Both the position numbers and the translations under genes were made by a program. From positions 67,379 through 131,378 of the forward strand of contig JANRKJ010000018.1 in assembly GCA_033763515.1 (NCBI GenBank): a stretch of DNA of 64,000 bases, in the 5' to 3' direction. Shown here in pieces: positions 25,669 through 34,590 of the stretch. The notes below the pieces were generated by a model. The model searched no databases, was not told the DNA's origin, and saw only the letters and a list, made by a program, of their open reading frames with translations. This stretch comes from Terrimicrobiaceae bacterium. GTDB taxonomy: Bacteria; Verrucomicrobiota; Verrucomicrobiia; Chthoniobacterales; Terrimicrobiaceae. Each line of letters begins with the position of its first letter. Within the stretch, counting starts at the first letter, position 1.

Positions 25669-26768
25669 GCCCGGTCGTTTCCCTCACGGCGGACCTGGTT
25701 CGGATTCCGAGTGTGAATCCGGACGGGGATCCCGGCACGGGGGAAACCGGCGAACGCGCCTGCGCCGAGAAGATCGCTGAGATTCTCACGCCCGTCGCAG
25801 CGAACGTCGAGTTACGGGAGGTCCTGCCGGACCGCCCGAATGTGGTCGCGCGTTTTCCTTCGGGCCGTCCGGACAAACCGCGCCTCCTTCTGGCGCCGCA
25901 CACGGACACCGTGAGTGTGGTTGGGATGACGATTGATCCGTTTGGAGCGGAAATTCGCGACGGACGGCTTTACGGCCGCGGAGCCACCGACACGAAAGGC
26001 CCGATGGCGGCGATGCTCGCAGCTTTGATCGAGTGCCGCGACATCCTGCCGGACCTCAGCCACGAGATCTGGTTTGCGGGTCTGGTCGGGGAGGAAGCCG
26101 GCCAACACGGCGCCAAGGCGCTCGCTGCGGAGGAACACTTCGACTTTGTCATCGCCGGTGAGCCAACGGACCTACAGACCGTTCACACGCACAAAGGCTC
26201 CCAATGGACCCAACTGCGAACGCGCGGCCACGCGGTCCATGCCTCCCGCCCCGACGAGGGAGAGAACGCCATCTACAAAATGGTTCGCGCAATTTCTGCC
26301 ATTGAGACGGACGTCGCCACCGAACTCCGGTTGCTTCAGGATCCGGTCCTCGGACATGCGACCGTCAGCGTTGGCGTGATCCGAGGCGGGTCGAAAGTGA
26401 ACATCGTTCCCGACGAGTGCCTGGCTTCGGTGGACATGCGCACGATTCCCGGCCAGCCGCCCGGCTTGCTTGAACGGGTTGTTCTGAAAGCCGTGCCGGA
26501 CATCGAGTTCACGGTCACGCGCGCAGCGCCGCTCCAGACCGCTCCCGATCATCCTTTGATCCGGCAACTCGCGGCCCTTGGTGCCCGACCCGTAGGCGCT
26601 CCTTGGTTTTGCGACGCGGCGGTCTTCGGTTCCCAAGGCTGTCCGGCCGTCGCGTTGGGTCCGGGTTCCATCGCACAAGCGCACACCGCGGACGAGTTCA
26701 TTGAGCTGGCCGACCTCGAAGCCGGGGCGACATTCTTCACCCGTTTCCTGCAGAGCCTGCGCGCTTAA
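25665..26768 (+). CDS. M20 family metallohydrolase (ArgE/DapE/acylase-like)
   Basis: LVRIPSVNP, LLLAPHTDTV, GRGATDTKG, GEEAG. The ATG at 25665 overlaps the epimerase stop (ATGA). Confidence 0.85.
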   Translation: MSPVVSLTADLVRIPSVNPDGDPGTGETGERACAEKIAEILTPVAANVELREVLPDRPNVVARFPSGRPDKPRLLLAPHTDTVSVVGMTIDPFGAEIRDGRLYGRGATDTKGPMAAMLAALIECRDILPDLSHEIWFAGLVGEEAGQHGAKALAAEEHFDFVIAGEPTDLQTVHTHKGSQWTQLRTRGHAVHASRPDEGENAIYKMVRAISAIETDVATELRLLQDPVLGHATVSVGVIRGGSKVNIVPDECLASVDMRTIPGQPPGLLERVVLKAVPDIEFTVTRAAPLQTAPDHPLIRQLAALGARPVGAPWFCDAAVFGSQGCPAVALGPGSIAQAHTADEFIELADLEAGATFFTRFLQSLRA

Positions 26769-27973
26769 GACGGACTGCCGGCGCGGCGACGCCAGGCGCC
26801 CGGGGTTTCTCCAAAGCGCGCTTTGAAGCGGTGCGAGAAATTGCTCTGTTTCGAAAACCCGCACGTCGCCGAAATCCGATCGATGCTCCAGTCCGGTCGG
26901 TGCCGCAGCAGTTGTTTGGCCCGGTTGAGTCGCAAATCGAGGAGAAACGCATGCGCGGTCGTGCCCGTGTGCTGAAGAAACTGGCGGTCCAAAGTTCGTG
27001 TCGAGACGCGCAAAAAGGAGGCCAATTCCCGCGTCCGGGCCGGATCGCCCGATTGCACCCGTTGCCACGCCCAACGAATCGCGCGGGCCGTAGGAGCATG
27101 CCCGCAAGCCGGACCACACGTCGACACCGCCTCGCGGATCCCCTCGGGCTCAAAGCGCACCAGCAGATCCCGACAGGCATCACGATCGCCGCCATGATCG
27201 CGCATCCAGAGAAGCGCCTGTGCGCCGATGCGCCGAAAGGGGGGAACGACCGACGTGATCGCTCCAAAAAGGCCGGGAACGAGCGAGCCGCCCGGCGCTC
27301 CTTCGACGGTTAACAGGCCGGTCGTCACTTCCTGCTCCGGGAAACCGTCCCGGAGAACAAACGACACACTCCGGGCAATCCATTCGTCCGTTGTGAAGAT
27401 CGCTCCATCGGGGGCCAGTTCCTCAATCCAAGGTGCAAGAATCTCGGCGGTACGGCGGTAGCGCTCACCCGGATCCCAATAATTGCCGATCCGACGGTCG
27501 GACCAGAGTTCGAAATTCTTCACCCGGACACGCACACCCGCCTGCTCGGCCACTTCGCGAAAGCCGGCCAGGCGTTCATTCGAAAATACCCGTCCGGGCA
27601 TGCCGATCCCCAGCAGTTCGCGGTGGCCGCGTTCCAACAGATGGCGGGCTGCCGACCGTCCAATCGCCACGTCATTGCTCAGCAGGTTTCCCACCCCGGA
27701 AATCGGACCCGACGAGTTGCTGACGTTGATCAACGGGAACGCTGGACGCCGGTCTCCCATGACCTCCTGATTGAAAATCGCGGCGATCACGCCCAGGACC
27801 GGCAATCCGTGGAACTGATCCAGTGCTCCCTCACTGACCACCTCCACGCTGAACGGAATGGACGTCCGGCCTGCCTCGGCACAAATCCCCTCCCACACTT
27901 CCCGCGGCATGCTCAAACGCAGATCCATCAAGGCCACCAGGAATCCCAAGTCGGCTTTCATCTCCCGCACCAT
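26765..27973 (-). CDS. XylR-like regulator: periplasmic-binding-protein-like sensor domain + AraC-type HTH
   Basis: The C-terminus has the AraC double HTH (LASFLRVSTRTLDRQF...ISATCGFSKQSNFSHRFKARFGETPGAWRR). The N-terminal ~270 aa have LacI/PBP-like topology. The start is ambiguous, with ATGs at 27961, 27973 and 28021. Confidence 0.75.
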   Translation of the reverse strand: MVREMKADLGFLVALMDLRLSMPREVWEGICAEAGRTSIPFSVEVVSEGALDQFHGLPVLGVIAAIFNQEVMGDRRPAFPLINVSNSSGPISGVGNLLSNDVAIGRSAARHLLERGHRELLGIGMPGRVFSNERLAGFREVAEQAGVRVRVKNFELWSDRRIGNYWDPGERYRRTAEILAPWIEELAPDGAIFTTDEWIARSVSFVLRDGFPEQEVTTGLLTVEGAPGGSLVPGLFGAITSVVPPFRRIGAQALLWMRDHGGDRDACRDLLVRFEPEGIREAVSTCGPACGHAPTARAIRWAWQRVQSGDPARTRELASFLRVSTRTLDRQFLQHTGTTAHAFLLDLRLNRAKQLLRHRPDWSIDRISATCGFSKQSNFSHRFKARFGETPGAWRRRAGSPS

Positions 27974-28083
27974 CCTCGGATACCTCGCCCGGCCGATCAA
28001 CCTCCGATGTCTGATTTTCATAAAAACTTTGTCCCGAATCGCGGTTGTGAGGCGGGGGTGTCCGGAGGCATCGTGGGTCACGC
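27974..28083. promoter_or_regulatory. Divergent control region between the XylR-like regulator and the giant secreted protein
   Basis: This is the only non-coding DNA between the two divergent genes. It contains a local AT-rich patch, tgattttcataaaaactttgtc (about 28011-28032). No operator was identified. Confidence 0.3.
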
Positions 28084-31000
28084 ATGTTTTCTCCCCTTTT
28101 CGGACGTGTCTTTGTCGCTCTTGGTCTGGTCGGTGCGGTCTACGCGAATCCGGTCCACCCCCGACTTTTCGTCGGCCCGAGCGACGTGTCCGCAATTCGA
28201 GCACGGGCGCAGTCGGCCGAATTGGCGCCGGTCGTGCAGGCCATCCAGTGGATGACGCAATCGACGAACGGCGTGAGCAACGATCCGTTCAGCTACGACT
28301 TCCACAAACAATTTGGAAACTACGCGATCCTCTATTTGGCGACCGGAAACGCGACCTTCGCGGCGCAGGCGCGCGATGAAACGCTGTACCACATTTCAAA
28401 AACCGAGTGGTGGGCGAACGACAGCTACCGCTCCCTCCGCCGCGGGGCTCTCTCGCGCGGTGCGGCGATCAGTTACGATTTCTGTTACGACGCGTGGTCC
28501 GGACAGACGGTTCCGGCTTCTGTGACCTGGCGTGGGGAAACCGTGCAGGTGCCGCCCCAATATGTCGGCCTCGACCTCAACACGGCTGTCTCTCAAGCGC
28601 TGAAGGCCAACGTTCAATCCCTGATCCGAAGCGGCGGTGGAGATTGGCCGGGCAATGACAAGACGGGCAATAACTGGTTTGCCGTCCGCTACGGGGGCGC
28701 GCTCATCGGTTTGCTGGCGTCCGACGAAACCGGGATGGACACCGAATACACGACGGCCCTCACCCAACTTCGCGCCTACCTGCGCGACAGCCTGAGCACG
28801 AATCCCTCGGCGCGCGGATGGAATCCGGAGGGCTACGGTTACTCGTTTTATCCGTCACAATTCACGTTCCCCGCCCTGCTGGCGCTCTCGCGGAACCGGA
28901 ACGTGAATTTGCAAAGCGAGGTTCCGGCGATCCGGTATGCCCTGCCGGTCCTCTATTCGGGGTTGATGAGCCTGCAAACCAACCCGGGCACGTTCATCGG
29001 ACTGCATCCGGATTTCACAGACGACAATCCGCAATGGTTCGGCGAAGGCGCCGCGAACTTGGCGTTTGCGTTCGCGCCGGACGAAATGAAGCCGGCGCTG
29101 AAGTGGATGTATCGGCGGTCGTTCGGCGACCTCGGCGACAACAAATGGGACTCGATGTCGGTCGGCGGGCTCTATGCCTTGCTCTATTACCCGGTCGATG
29201 TGCCGGAGCAAAATCCCGCCAACGTTCCTTCGTTCAGCCGCAACTGGGAAGATCCGGTATCCGGTTTCTTCAGCACGCGGAAAGCATTCAATGGCCCCGA
29301 GGACATCCTCACGCAATTTCACACCAAGTCGCGGCAGAACATCGGCGGCCACAATGGACCCGATGGGTTGACGTTCCGAATCTTCGGCCTCGGCGTGCCA
29401 TGGGCAGTCGGCTCGGGCCGCACGGTCGATGGAGCCGGTCAGTCCACGATCTACGCCAGCGACCCGCTCGGCGGTGTCGGATACCAAGGCGTGGTGGGAA
29501 CCGTTCCGAACTACTACATGCGTCCCGGCGGCGGCGGTTACTGGGTCGGGCGCAACCAACCCTTCAGCGACACGGGCGTGCGGAATTGGACCCGGCGGTT
29601 CATCGTCGACTACGGGGCCGAGACCGGGACCGAGGCATTCTTTGTGGTCTCGGACACCAGCGACAGCGGACGCTACTGGCGGTTCAACACTCCGGAGTTC
29701 AACACCATTACAACTTCGGGCAATCAGTTCACTGTCACAAACACGCTCACCGGCCACCGGCTCATAGGAACGGTCCTGCATCCGGCGAATCCGGTTTTCC
29801 GCACCGGTGATTTCACCCGCGGCAGCGCCTACAATTTTCGCGGATCGGATTTTCTGAAGAACAACTGGGTCGACTTCACTTCAGCCGACGGCTCGTTCCT
29901 TGTCACGTTCGCGCTGGTCCGCTCCGGAAACACGGCGCCAATTCCCCAGCTCACCGGAACACCCGGCAATGGCGTCGTCCAACTCGGCAGCCGGGCTTAC
30001 ACCATTTCCGGCGATGAAATTCAAGTGACCGGATGGGAACGCCCGCAGGTCGTGATCACGTCCCCAACCGCCGATGCCGCCCTCACCGGCGGACCGCAGC
30101 AGATCAACATCCATGGCACGGTTACGTCGCCGGCCGGCACTCCCATCCGAAGCGTGGAGGTCTTCCTGAACGGCTCGAAGTTGGGCGACGCAAATCTGCA
30201 GGGATCAAGTTGGTCGCTCGCTTCCGGAACAATGCCGCGGGGAACGCACGAGATCCGCGCACGGGCTACCGACGACAACGCCGAGTGGTCGGAAAAAATC
30301 ATTCGGATCAGCGTGAACCAGACAGTTCCGCCGTCGATCAGCATTTCTGCGCCGGCGGCCGGCTCCAGCCTCCCGGCGGACCAGCCTTTCGTGCTGCGTG
30401 GATCGACATCGGATCCCGAGGGCAGCACGCCATCGGTGCAGGTGTTCTCCGGGACAACCCTGCTGGGCACAGCACCGGTCACTGCCGGACGGTGGATTTA
30501 CACCGTGCCCGCCTCGGCATTCACGGTCGGACGCCGCGTTTTCTCGGCAAGGGCGACGGACGCTGCCGGCGACTCGCGGGAAACCGCACCCGTCGAGCTG
30601 CGCGCCAGCCGGCTTTACAGCAATGTGCCGATCTACGGTGATCTCGCATACTGGACGCCATTCCCGAACGAGAACCGTGTTTCTTTGGCGACCCACGATG
30701 GCGACGTTCGGTGGTTTGTCGAGTCGAGCCTCGGTTACACGAAACGCAATGCCGACATGTATGTGGCGGACACGAGTTTCGACGGCGACTTCCGGCTGAC
30801 ATTCCGCGCCAAGTTGGTCAGCGGTCTCCTGCGCGTTTGGTTTGGGAACCTGGTTTACATGGCCTTTGGCACGGCTTCGAATCCCGGTTCGATGCAATAT
30901 GTCGGCTGGGGAGACAAGCCGATCGGCACGTGGCAGCAACCGCTTTTCCTGAACAACACCGCCTGGCATGACATCGAAATCTCGCGCATCGGCCAGGTGA

Positions 31001-33783
31001 TCACGATCAAGCGGAACGGCACAAATTACATCAGCATGCGCTTGAACGACGATGGCACGTGCACACTCACGCCGGATATCGTGACCGAAGATCTGACGTT
31101 CGGATGGCGCGACAAATATCAGTGGTACAAAGGCTACTGGAGTGGCGGTGCCATCGGAATCGGAGCCCCCTTTGCAGATGGCACCTCCTTTTACATGGAC
31201 GACTTCAATGTGGAAGTGCTCTCAGGCAACCAACCTCCGGCTCTCGCCATCACTCAGCCATCCGCGCAACTCCAATCGCCCGCCGGCCAGGCCGTGACAA
31301 TCTCCGGCACCGCCAGCGATCCGGAAAACGGACCGGTGAGCATCCATCTCTTCGCCGGATCCGAGCAGATCGGCACCGGAATTCCGGTGACCAATGGCAC
31401 ATGGAGCTTCGATTGGACTCCGCCGCTCCAGAGCGTCTATGGGATCTCGGCCCAGGCCGTGGACAGTCGGAACAACACGGCGCGTTCAAATTCGGTCACG
31501 GTCGTCGTGGGTTCAGGAAACTCGCAGCCAACAATTCAGCTCACCCGGCCCGTCGACGGAGCCGGCGTATCAGTGAATGCCGATACGACACTCAGCGCCG
31601 ACGCATCCGACGCCGATGGTGCCATTGTCTCCGTCCGTTTCTTCATCAACGACGTCCTTGCAGCGACGGACACGACGGCGCCGTATTCGCACACCTGGCG
31701 TCCCACAGTAACCGGAAACTACACGGTCCGGGCCGAGGCGGTGGATGACATGAACGCGACGGCCACCACGCCGAATGTCGCGGTCGTCGTGACACCTGCA
31801 AACACGCTCCCGACCGCGACCCTCACGAACCCGGGTGATCTCAGCCGGATCAACCTTGGTGTGTCCACGACGTTTTCAGCAAATGCCAGCGACTCCGGCG
31901 GGACGATCGCCCGGGTGGATTTCTATGACAATGGCGTACTGGTCGGCAGCGACAACACCTCGCCTTACCAAATCACCTACACTCCTGCCGCCGCGGGGAC
32001 GCGCACGTTGATGGCCGTGGCGATCGATGATCTCGGCGGGGCCGGCTACTCGGCGACACGCACGCTCTTTGTCACGTCGGCCAGCAATCAGGCTCCGGCA
32101 ACAGCGATCACATCACCCGCAAACGGGTCGACGCTGATCGCCCCGCTGAGTTCGATTCTTCTGACGGCGAATGCCGGTGATGCCGATGGATCGATCCATC
32201 GCGTCCAATTCTTTGCCGGCACCACGCTTTTGGGCGAAGACCGCACGGCGCCATATGAGTTCACCTGGACAAACGTCGCCGCCGGAACCTACTCGCTGAC
32301 GGCGCGCGCGACCGACAACGAAGGAACACAGACGACATCCGCCCCGGTTTCGGTGACCCTCGCCTACACACCGGGAACGGAGGCCGCGGCTTCGCCGGTT
32401 GCTGACGCCTATGTGGCCGACGGGGTGAACACCAACTTCGGAACGCTTGCCACTCTCCGTACTCAGGACAAAACGTGGAGCTACCTTCGTTTCCCGGTCG
32501 CTATTCCGACCGGAGCGGTCTTGAGAGCCGCACGTTTGCGGGTTGTTCCAACAAGCGACCGTGACCGCCAGGAGCTTTTCTTCCAACCGGATGACACGTG
32601 GGGCGAAACCACCGTCACCGGAACGAATGAACCCTCCAAAGGCACAGCCATGGTGACCGGATTCTCCGTTCGCGCCAACGCAGCGGTTGAGATCGATGTC
32701 ACACAATCCGCACGTCAGGAAGTCGCGGGCGACGGGGTCCTTTCCCTGACCCTCGGGGCCGCCGGCAACCAATTCAGCGGAACCGATTACCATTCGCGCG
32801 AAGCGACCACAGTGGCCAACCGCCCCCAATTGGTACTCACTTACAACATTCTGCCGACGCTCACACTGAACGCTCCGGCCAACCCCGTTGCGGGAGTGCC
32901 GGCGACGATTTCCGCCAGCGTCTCTGACTCCGACGGAACCGTTGCGTCGGTGGCGTTCTTTGTGGACGGAACGGCTGTTGGGGATCCCGTTACGTCAGCG
33001 CCCTACTCGGTATCATGGACCGCTCCCGCAGCGGGGACTTATGCGATCACAGCGGCGGCCACGGACAATCTGGGAGACACTCGCGAAGTGACCACCAATG
33101 TCACGGTCCAGTCCGGCCAACCCGCTGCGGCGACCGGCCTCGCGGCTCAGCCGATCTCAAGTTCGCAAATGGCACTCTCGTGGACCGGACCGGGCGGATC
33201 ACCAACCGGGTTCCGCGCTGATTACCGGGTCTCGGGTCAATCGACATGGACATCGGGCCCAGAATTCACGGCCAATACAACATCAGGCACGGTCTCCGGT
33301 TTGAATCCTGAGACCACCTACGAATTCGTGCTCATCACGTTCGCACAAGGCGGTTCGTCCAACCCGTCGAACATGGCGTCGGCGACCACACCCGCTGAGC
33401 CATTTGCGGATTGGATTGACCGGCACCCGGTCGGGAATCTGACCGGTGCCGGCGACGATGCCGACGGCGACGGAGTTCCGAACCTGATAGAGTTTGCACT
33501 CGGCGGAGAGCCGGCGAATGCAGGGAATGTTCCTGCGTCGCCCACGCCGACGCTGGCTGAAGTGGGAAACGAGAGGCATCTGGCGCTTTCGTTCGAACCG
33601 GCACGCACCGAAGGGCTTCGCTTTGTGGTCGAGGCATCCGACGACCTGTCTGGTTGGACCGAGGAGTTTGTGCTGACCGGCGTGGTCGCCGGCGAGGTCT
33701 TCACGTTCACGGACGATGTCGTCGTGAACGAAGCCACCAGCCGCCGGCGGTTCCTGCGGCTCCGTATTGAAGAGTTGCCTTAG
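28084..33783 (+). CDS. Giant (1899 aa) secreted multidomain protein with a heparinase II/III-like polysaccharide lyase N-terminal region
   Basis: Signal peptide MFSPLFGRVFVALGLVGAVYA. The N-terminal ~630 aa have heparinase-II/III-like signatures (HPRLFVGPSDVSAIRARA, NNWFAVRYGGALIGLLAS, GGHNGPDGLTFRIFGLGVPWAVGSG). Approximate nt ranges of the remaining domains are as follows. Ig-like modules at 30040-30324 and 30325-30606. ConA/LamG-like domain at 30607-31230. Four tandem ~94-aa Ig-like modules at 31231-32367. DNRLRE/CBM96-like domain at 32368-32847. A further Ig-like module at 32848-33111. FN3 at 33121-33390. C-terminal module at 33391-33780. Confidence 0.85.
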   Translation: MFSPLFGRVFVALGLVGAVYANPVHPRLFVGPSDVSAIRARAQSAELAPVVQAIQWMTQSTNGVSNDPFSYDFHKQFGNYAILYLATGNATFAAQARDETLYHISKTEWWANDSYRSLRRGALSRGAAISYDFCYDAWSGQTVPASVTWRGETVQVPPQYVGLDLNTAVSQALKANVQSLIRSGGGDWPGNDKTGNNWFAVRYGGALIGLLASDETGMDTEYTTALTQLRAYLRDSLSTNPSARGWNPEGYGYSFYPSQFTFPALLALSRNRNVNLQSEVPAIRYALPVLYSGLMSLQTNPGTFIGLHPDFTDDNPQWFGEGAANLAFAFAPDEMKPALKWMYRRSFGDLGDNKWDSMSVGGLYALLYYPVDVPEQNPANVPSFSRNWEDPVSGFFSTRKAFNGPEDILTQFHTKSRQNIGGHNGPDGLTFRIFGLGVPWAVGSGRTVDGAGQSTIYASDPLGGVGYQGVVGTVPNYYMRPGGGGYWVGRNQPFSDTGVRNWTRRFIVDYGAETGTEAFFVVSDTSDSGRYWRFNTPEFNTITTSGNQFTVTNTLTGHRLIGTVLHPANPVFRTGDFTRGSAYNFRGSDFLKNNWVDFTSADGSFLVTFALVRSGNTAPIPQLTGTPGNGVVQLGSRAYTISGDEIQVTGWERPQVVITSPTADAALTGGPQQINIHGTVTSPAGTPIRSVEVFLNGSKLGDANLQGSSWSLASGTMPRGTHEIRARATDDNAEWSEKIIRISVNQTVPPSISISAPAAGSSLPADQPFVLRGSTSDPEGSTPSVQVFSGTTLLGTAPVTAGRWIYTVPASAFTVGRRVFSARATDAAGDSRETAPVELRASRLYSNVPIYGDLAYWTPFPNENRVSLATHDGDVRWFVESSLGYTKRNADMYVADTSFDGDFRLTFRAKLVSGLLRVWFGNLVYMAFGTASNPGSMQYVGWGDKPIGTWQQPLFLNNTAWHDIEISRIGQVITIKRNGTNYISMRLNDDGTCTLTPDIVTEDLTFGWRDKYQWYKGYWSGGAIGIGAPFADGTSFYMDDFNVEVLSGNQPPALAITQPSAQLQSPAGQAVTISGTASDPENGPVSIHLFAGSEQIGTGIPVTNGTWSFDWTPPLQSVYGISAQAVDSRNNTARSNSVTVVVGSGNSQPTIQLTRPVDGAGVSVNADTTLSADASDADGAIVSVRFFINDVLAATDTTAPYSHTWRPTVTGNYTVRAEAVDDMNATATTPNVAVVVTPANTLPTATLTNPGDLSRINLGVSTTFSANASDSGGTIARVDFYDNGVLVGSDNTSPYQITYTPAAAGTRTLMAVAIDDLGGAGYSATRTLFVTSASNQAPATAITSPANGSTLIAPLSSILLTANAGDADGSIHRVQFFAGTTLLGEDRTAPYEFTWTNVAAGTYSLTARATDNEGTQTTSAPVSVTLAYTPGTEAAASPVADAYVADGVNTNFGTLATLRTQDKTWSYLRFPVAIPTGAVLRAARLRVVPTSDRDRQELFFQPDDTWGETTVTGTNEPSKGTAMVTGFSVRANAAVEIDVTQSARQEVAGDGVLSLTLGAAGNQFSGTDYHSREATTVANRPQLVLTYNILPTLTLNAPANPVAGVPATISASVSDSDGTVASVAFFVDGTAVGDPVTSAPYSVSWTAPAAGTYAITAAATDNLGDTREVTTNVTVQSGQPAAATGLAAQPISSSQMALSWTGPGGSPTGFRADYRVSGQSTWTSGPEFTANTTSGTVSGLNPETTYEFVLITFAQGGSSNPSNMASATTPAEPFADWIDRHPVGNLTGAGDDADGDGVPNLIEFALGGEPANAGNVPASPTPTLAEVGNERHLALSFEPARTEGLRFVVEASDDLSGWTEEFVLTGVVAGEVFTFTDDVVVNEATSRRRFLRLRIEELP
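31231..32367 (+). repeat. Tandem array of four ~94-aa Ig-like modules inside the giant CDS (protein-level repeats)
   Basis: Each unit has the pattern P-x-x-x-I/L-T-x-P...sxxAxAsDxDGxIxxVxFfxxgxxlgxdxtaPYxxtWtpxxxGxYxlxAxAxDxxg...V. Unit starts are about 31231, 31522, 31804 and 32086. A fifth diverged copy lies at 32848-33111 and two more distant copies at 30040-30606. Confidence 0.8.
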
Positions 33784-33788
33784 AATTT

Positions 33789-34568
33789 TCAGCAGACACC
33801 GAGGATCCAGCCTTCGATCGATCCGATTTCGCGCTCGTCAGAACGGAGAGGCGGCTCGCTGTATTGCCTCAAGACTCCTGACTGGTCGGCCCACTGGAGC
33901 CAGCCGGCGACCGCAAAGGCAGCCCGCTGGTCAATGGTTCCGCTCGTGGCAAACCGTCGCATCCACAGGGACGGATAGACTTCGGCGATCAATGAGCCGG
34001 AGGTCGGGATTTGCCATCCATCGAACGGCCAAAAATGTGTGCCGCCACCACAATGCCTGCGAAGATACCGGAGCCACGGCAATCCCGCATGCGTCGATGT
34101 GGCCACTTGTCCCTGAACGTCAAATTGGAAGACCGACTTCGCCGAGGGAGTCCATCGCTCAGTCAGTCGAAGCCATCGTACATCACCGCTCCGACGCTTA
34201 GCGTCCCCAACGAGCCCATCCCTCACCAAACGGACCGATGTCCCCGGTTGATCCGTTGGCCAATGCTTCTGAAAATCGTCCAAAAACCCCGGCCAGTCGG
34301 CAGGCAGGGCGTGAGCGTCGAAGTAGCTGAGGGGAAACGAAAAGCCGTGATCGATTCCAACCAGCGTGGCCGATGGACGGCTGAGGAGATCGGCGAGCCA
34401 TTCCGCGAGTGAACGTCTCGACCAATGGCGCGCCGGCGGCGGTGGTTGCCGTTCCAACGGCTCCTGATCTCCCTCCGCGACAAAAACACGAATTCCCGGC
34501 AGGCGGGCCTCGGGAGTCTCCGCACCGGAGTAGTCGATCCCGACATAGCGATCAAAACGTCGCTTCAC
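33789..34568 (-). CDS. Hypothetical protein (possible RNase-H-like/DUF429-like fold, very uncertain)
   Basis: 259-aa ORF with an ATG start and balanced, Trp-rich composition. It begins MKRRFDRYVGIDYSGAETPEARLPGIRVFV. It starts 22 nt after the dihydropyrimidinase stop on the same strand. No family could be assigned with confidence. Confidence 0.55.
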   Translation of the reverse strand: MKRRFDRYVGIDYSGAETPEARLPGIRVFVAEGDQEPLERQPPPPARHWSRRSLAEWLADLLSRPSATLVGIDHGFSFPLSYFDAHALPADWPGFLDDFQKHWPTDQPGTSVRLVRDGLVGDAKRRSGDVRWLRLTERWTPSAKSVFQFDVQGQVATSTHAGLPWLRYLRRHCGGGTHFWPFDGWQIPTSGSLIAEVYPSLWMRRFATSGTIDQRAAFAVAGWLQWADQSGVLRQYSEPPLRSDEREIGSIEGWILGVC

Positions 34569-34590
34569 GGCTCAACCGTCGACGAGAAAT

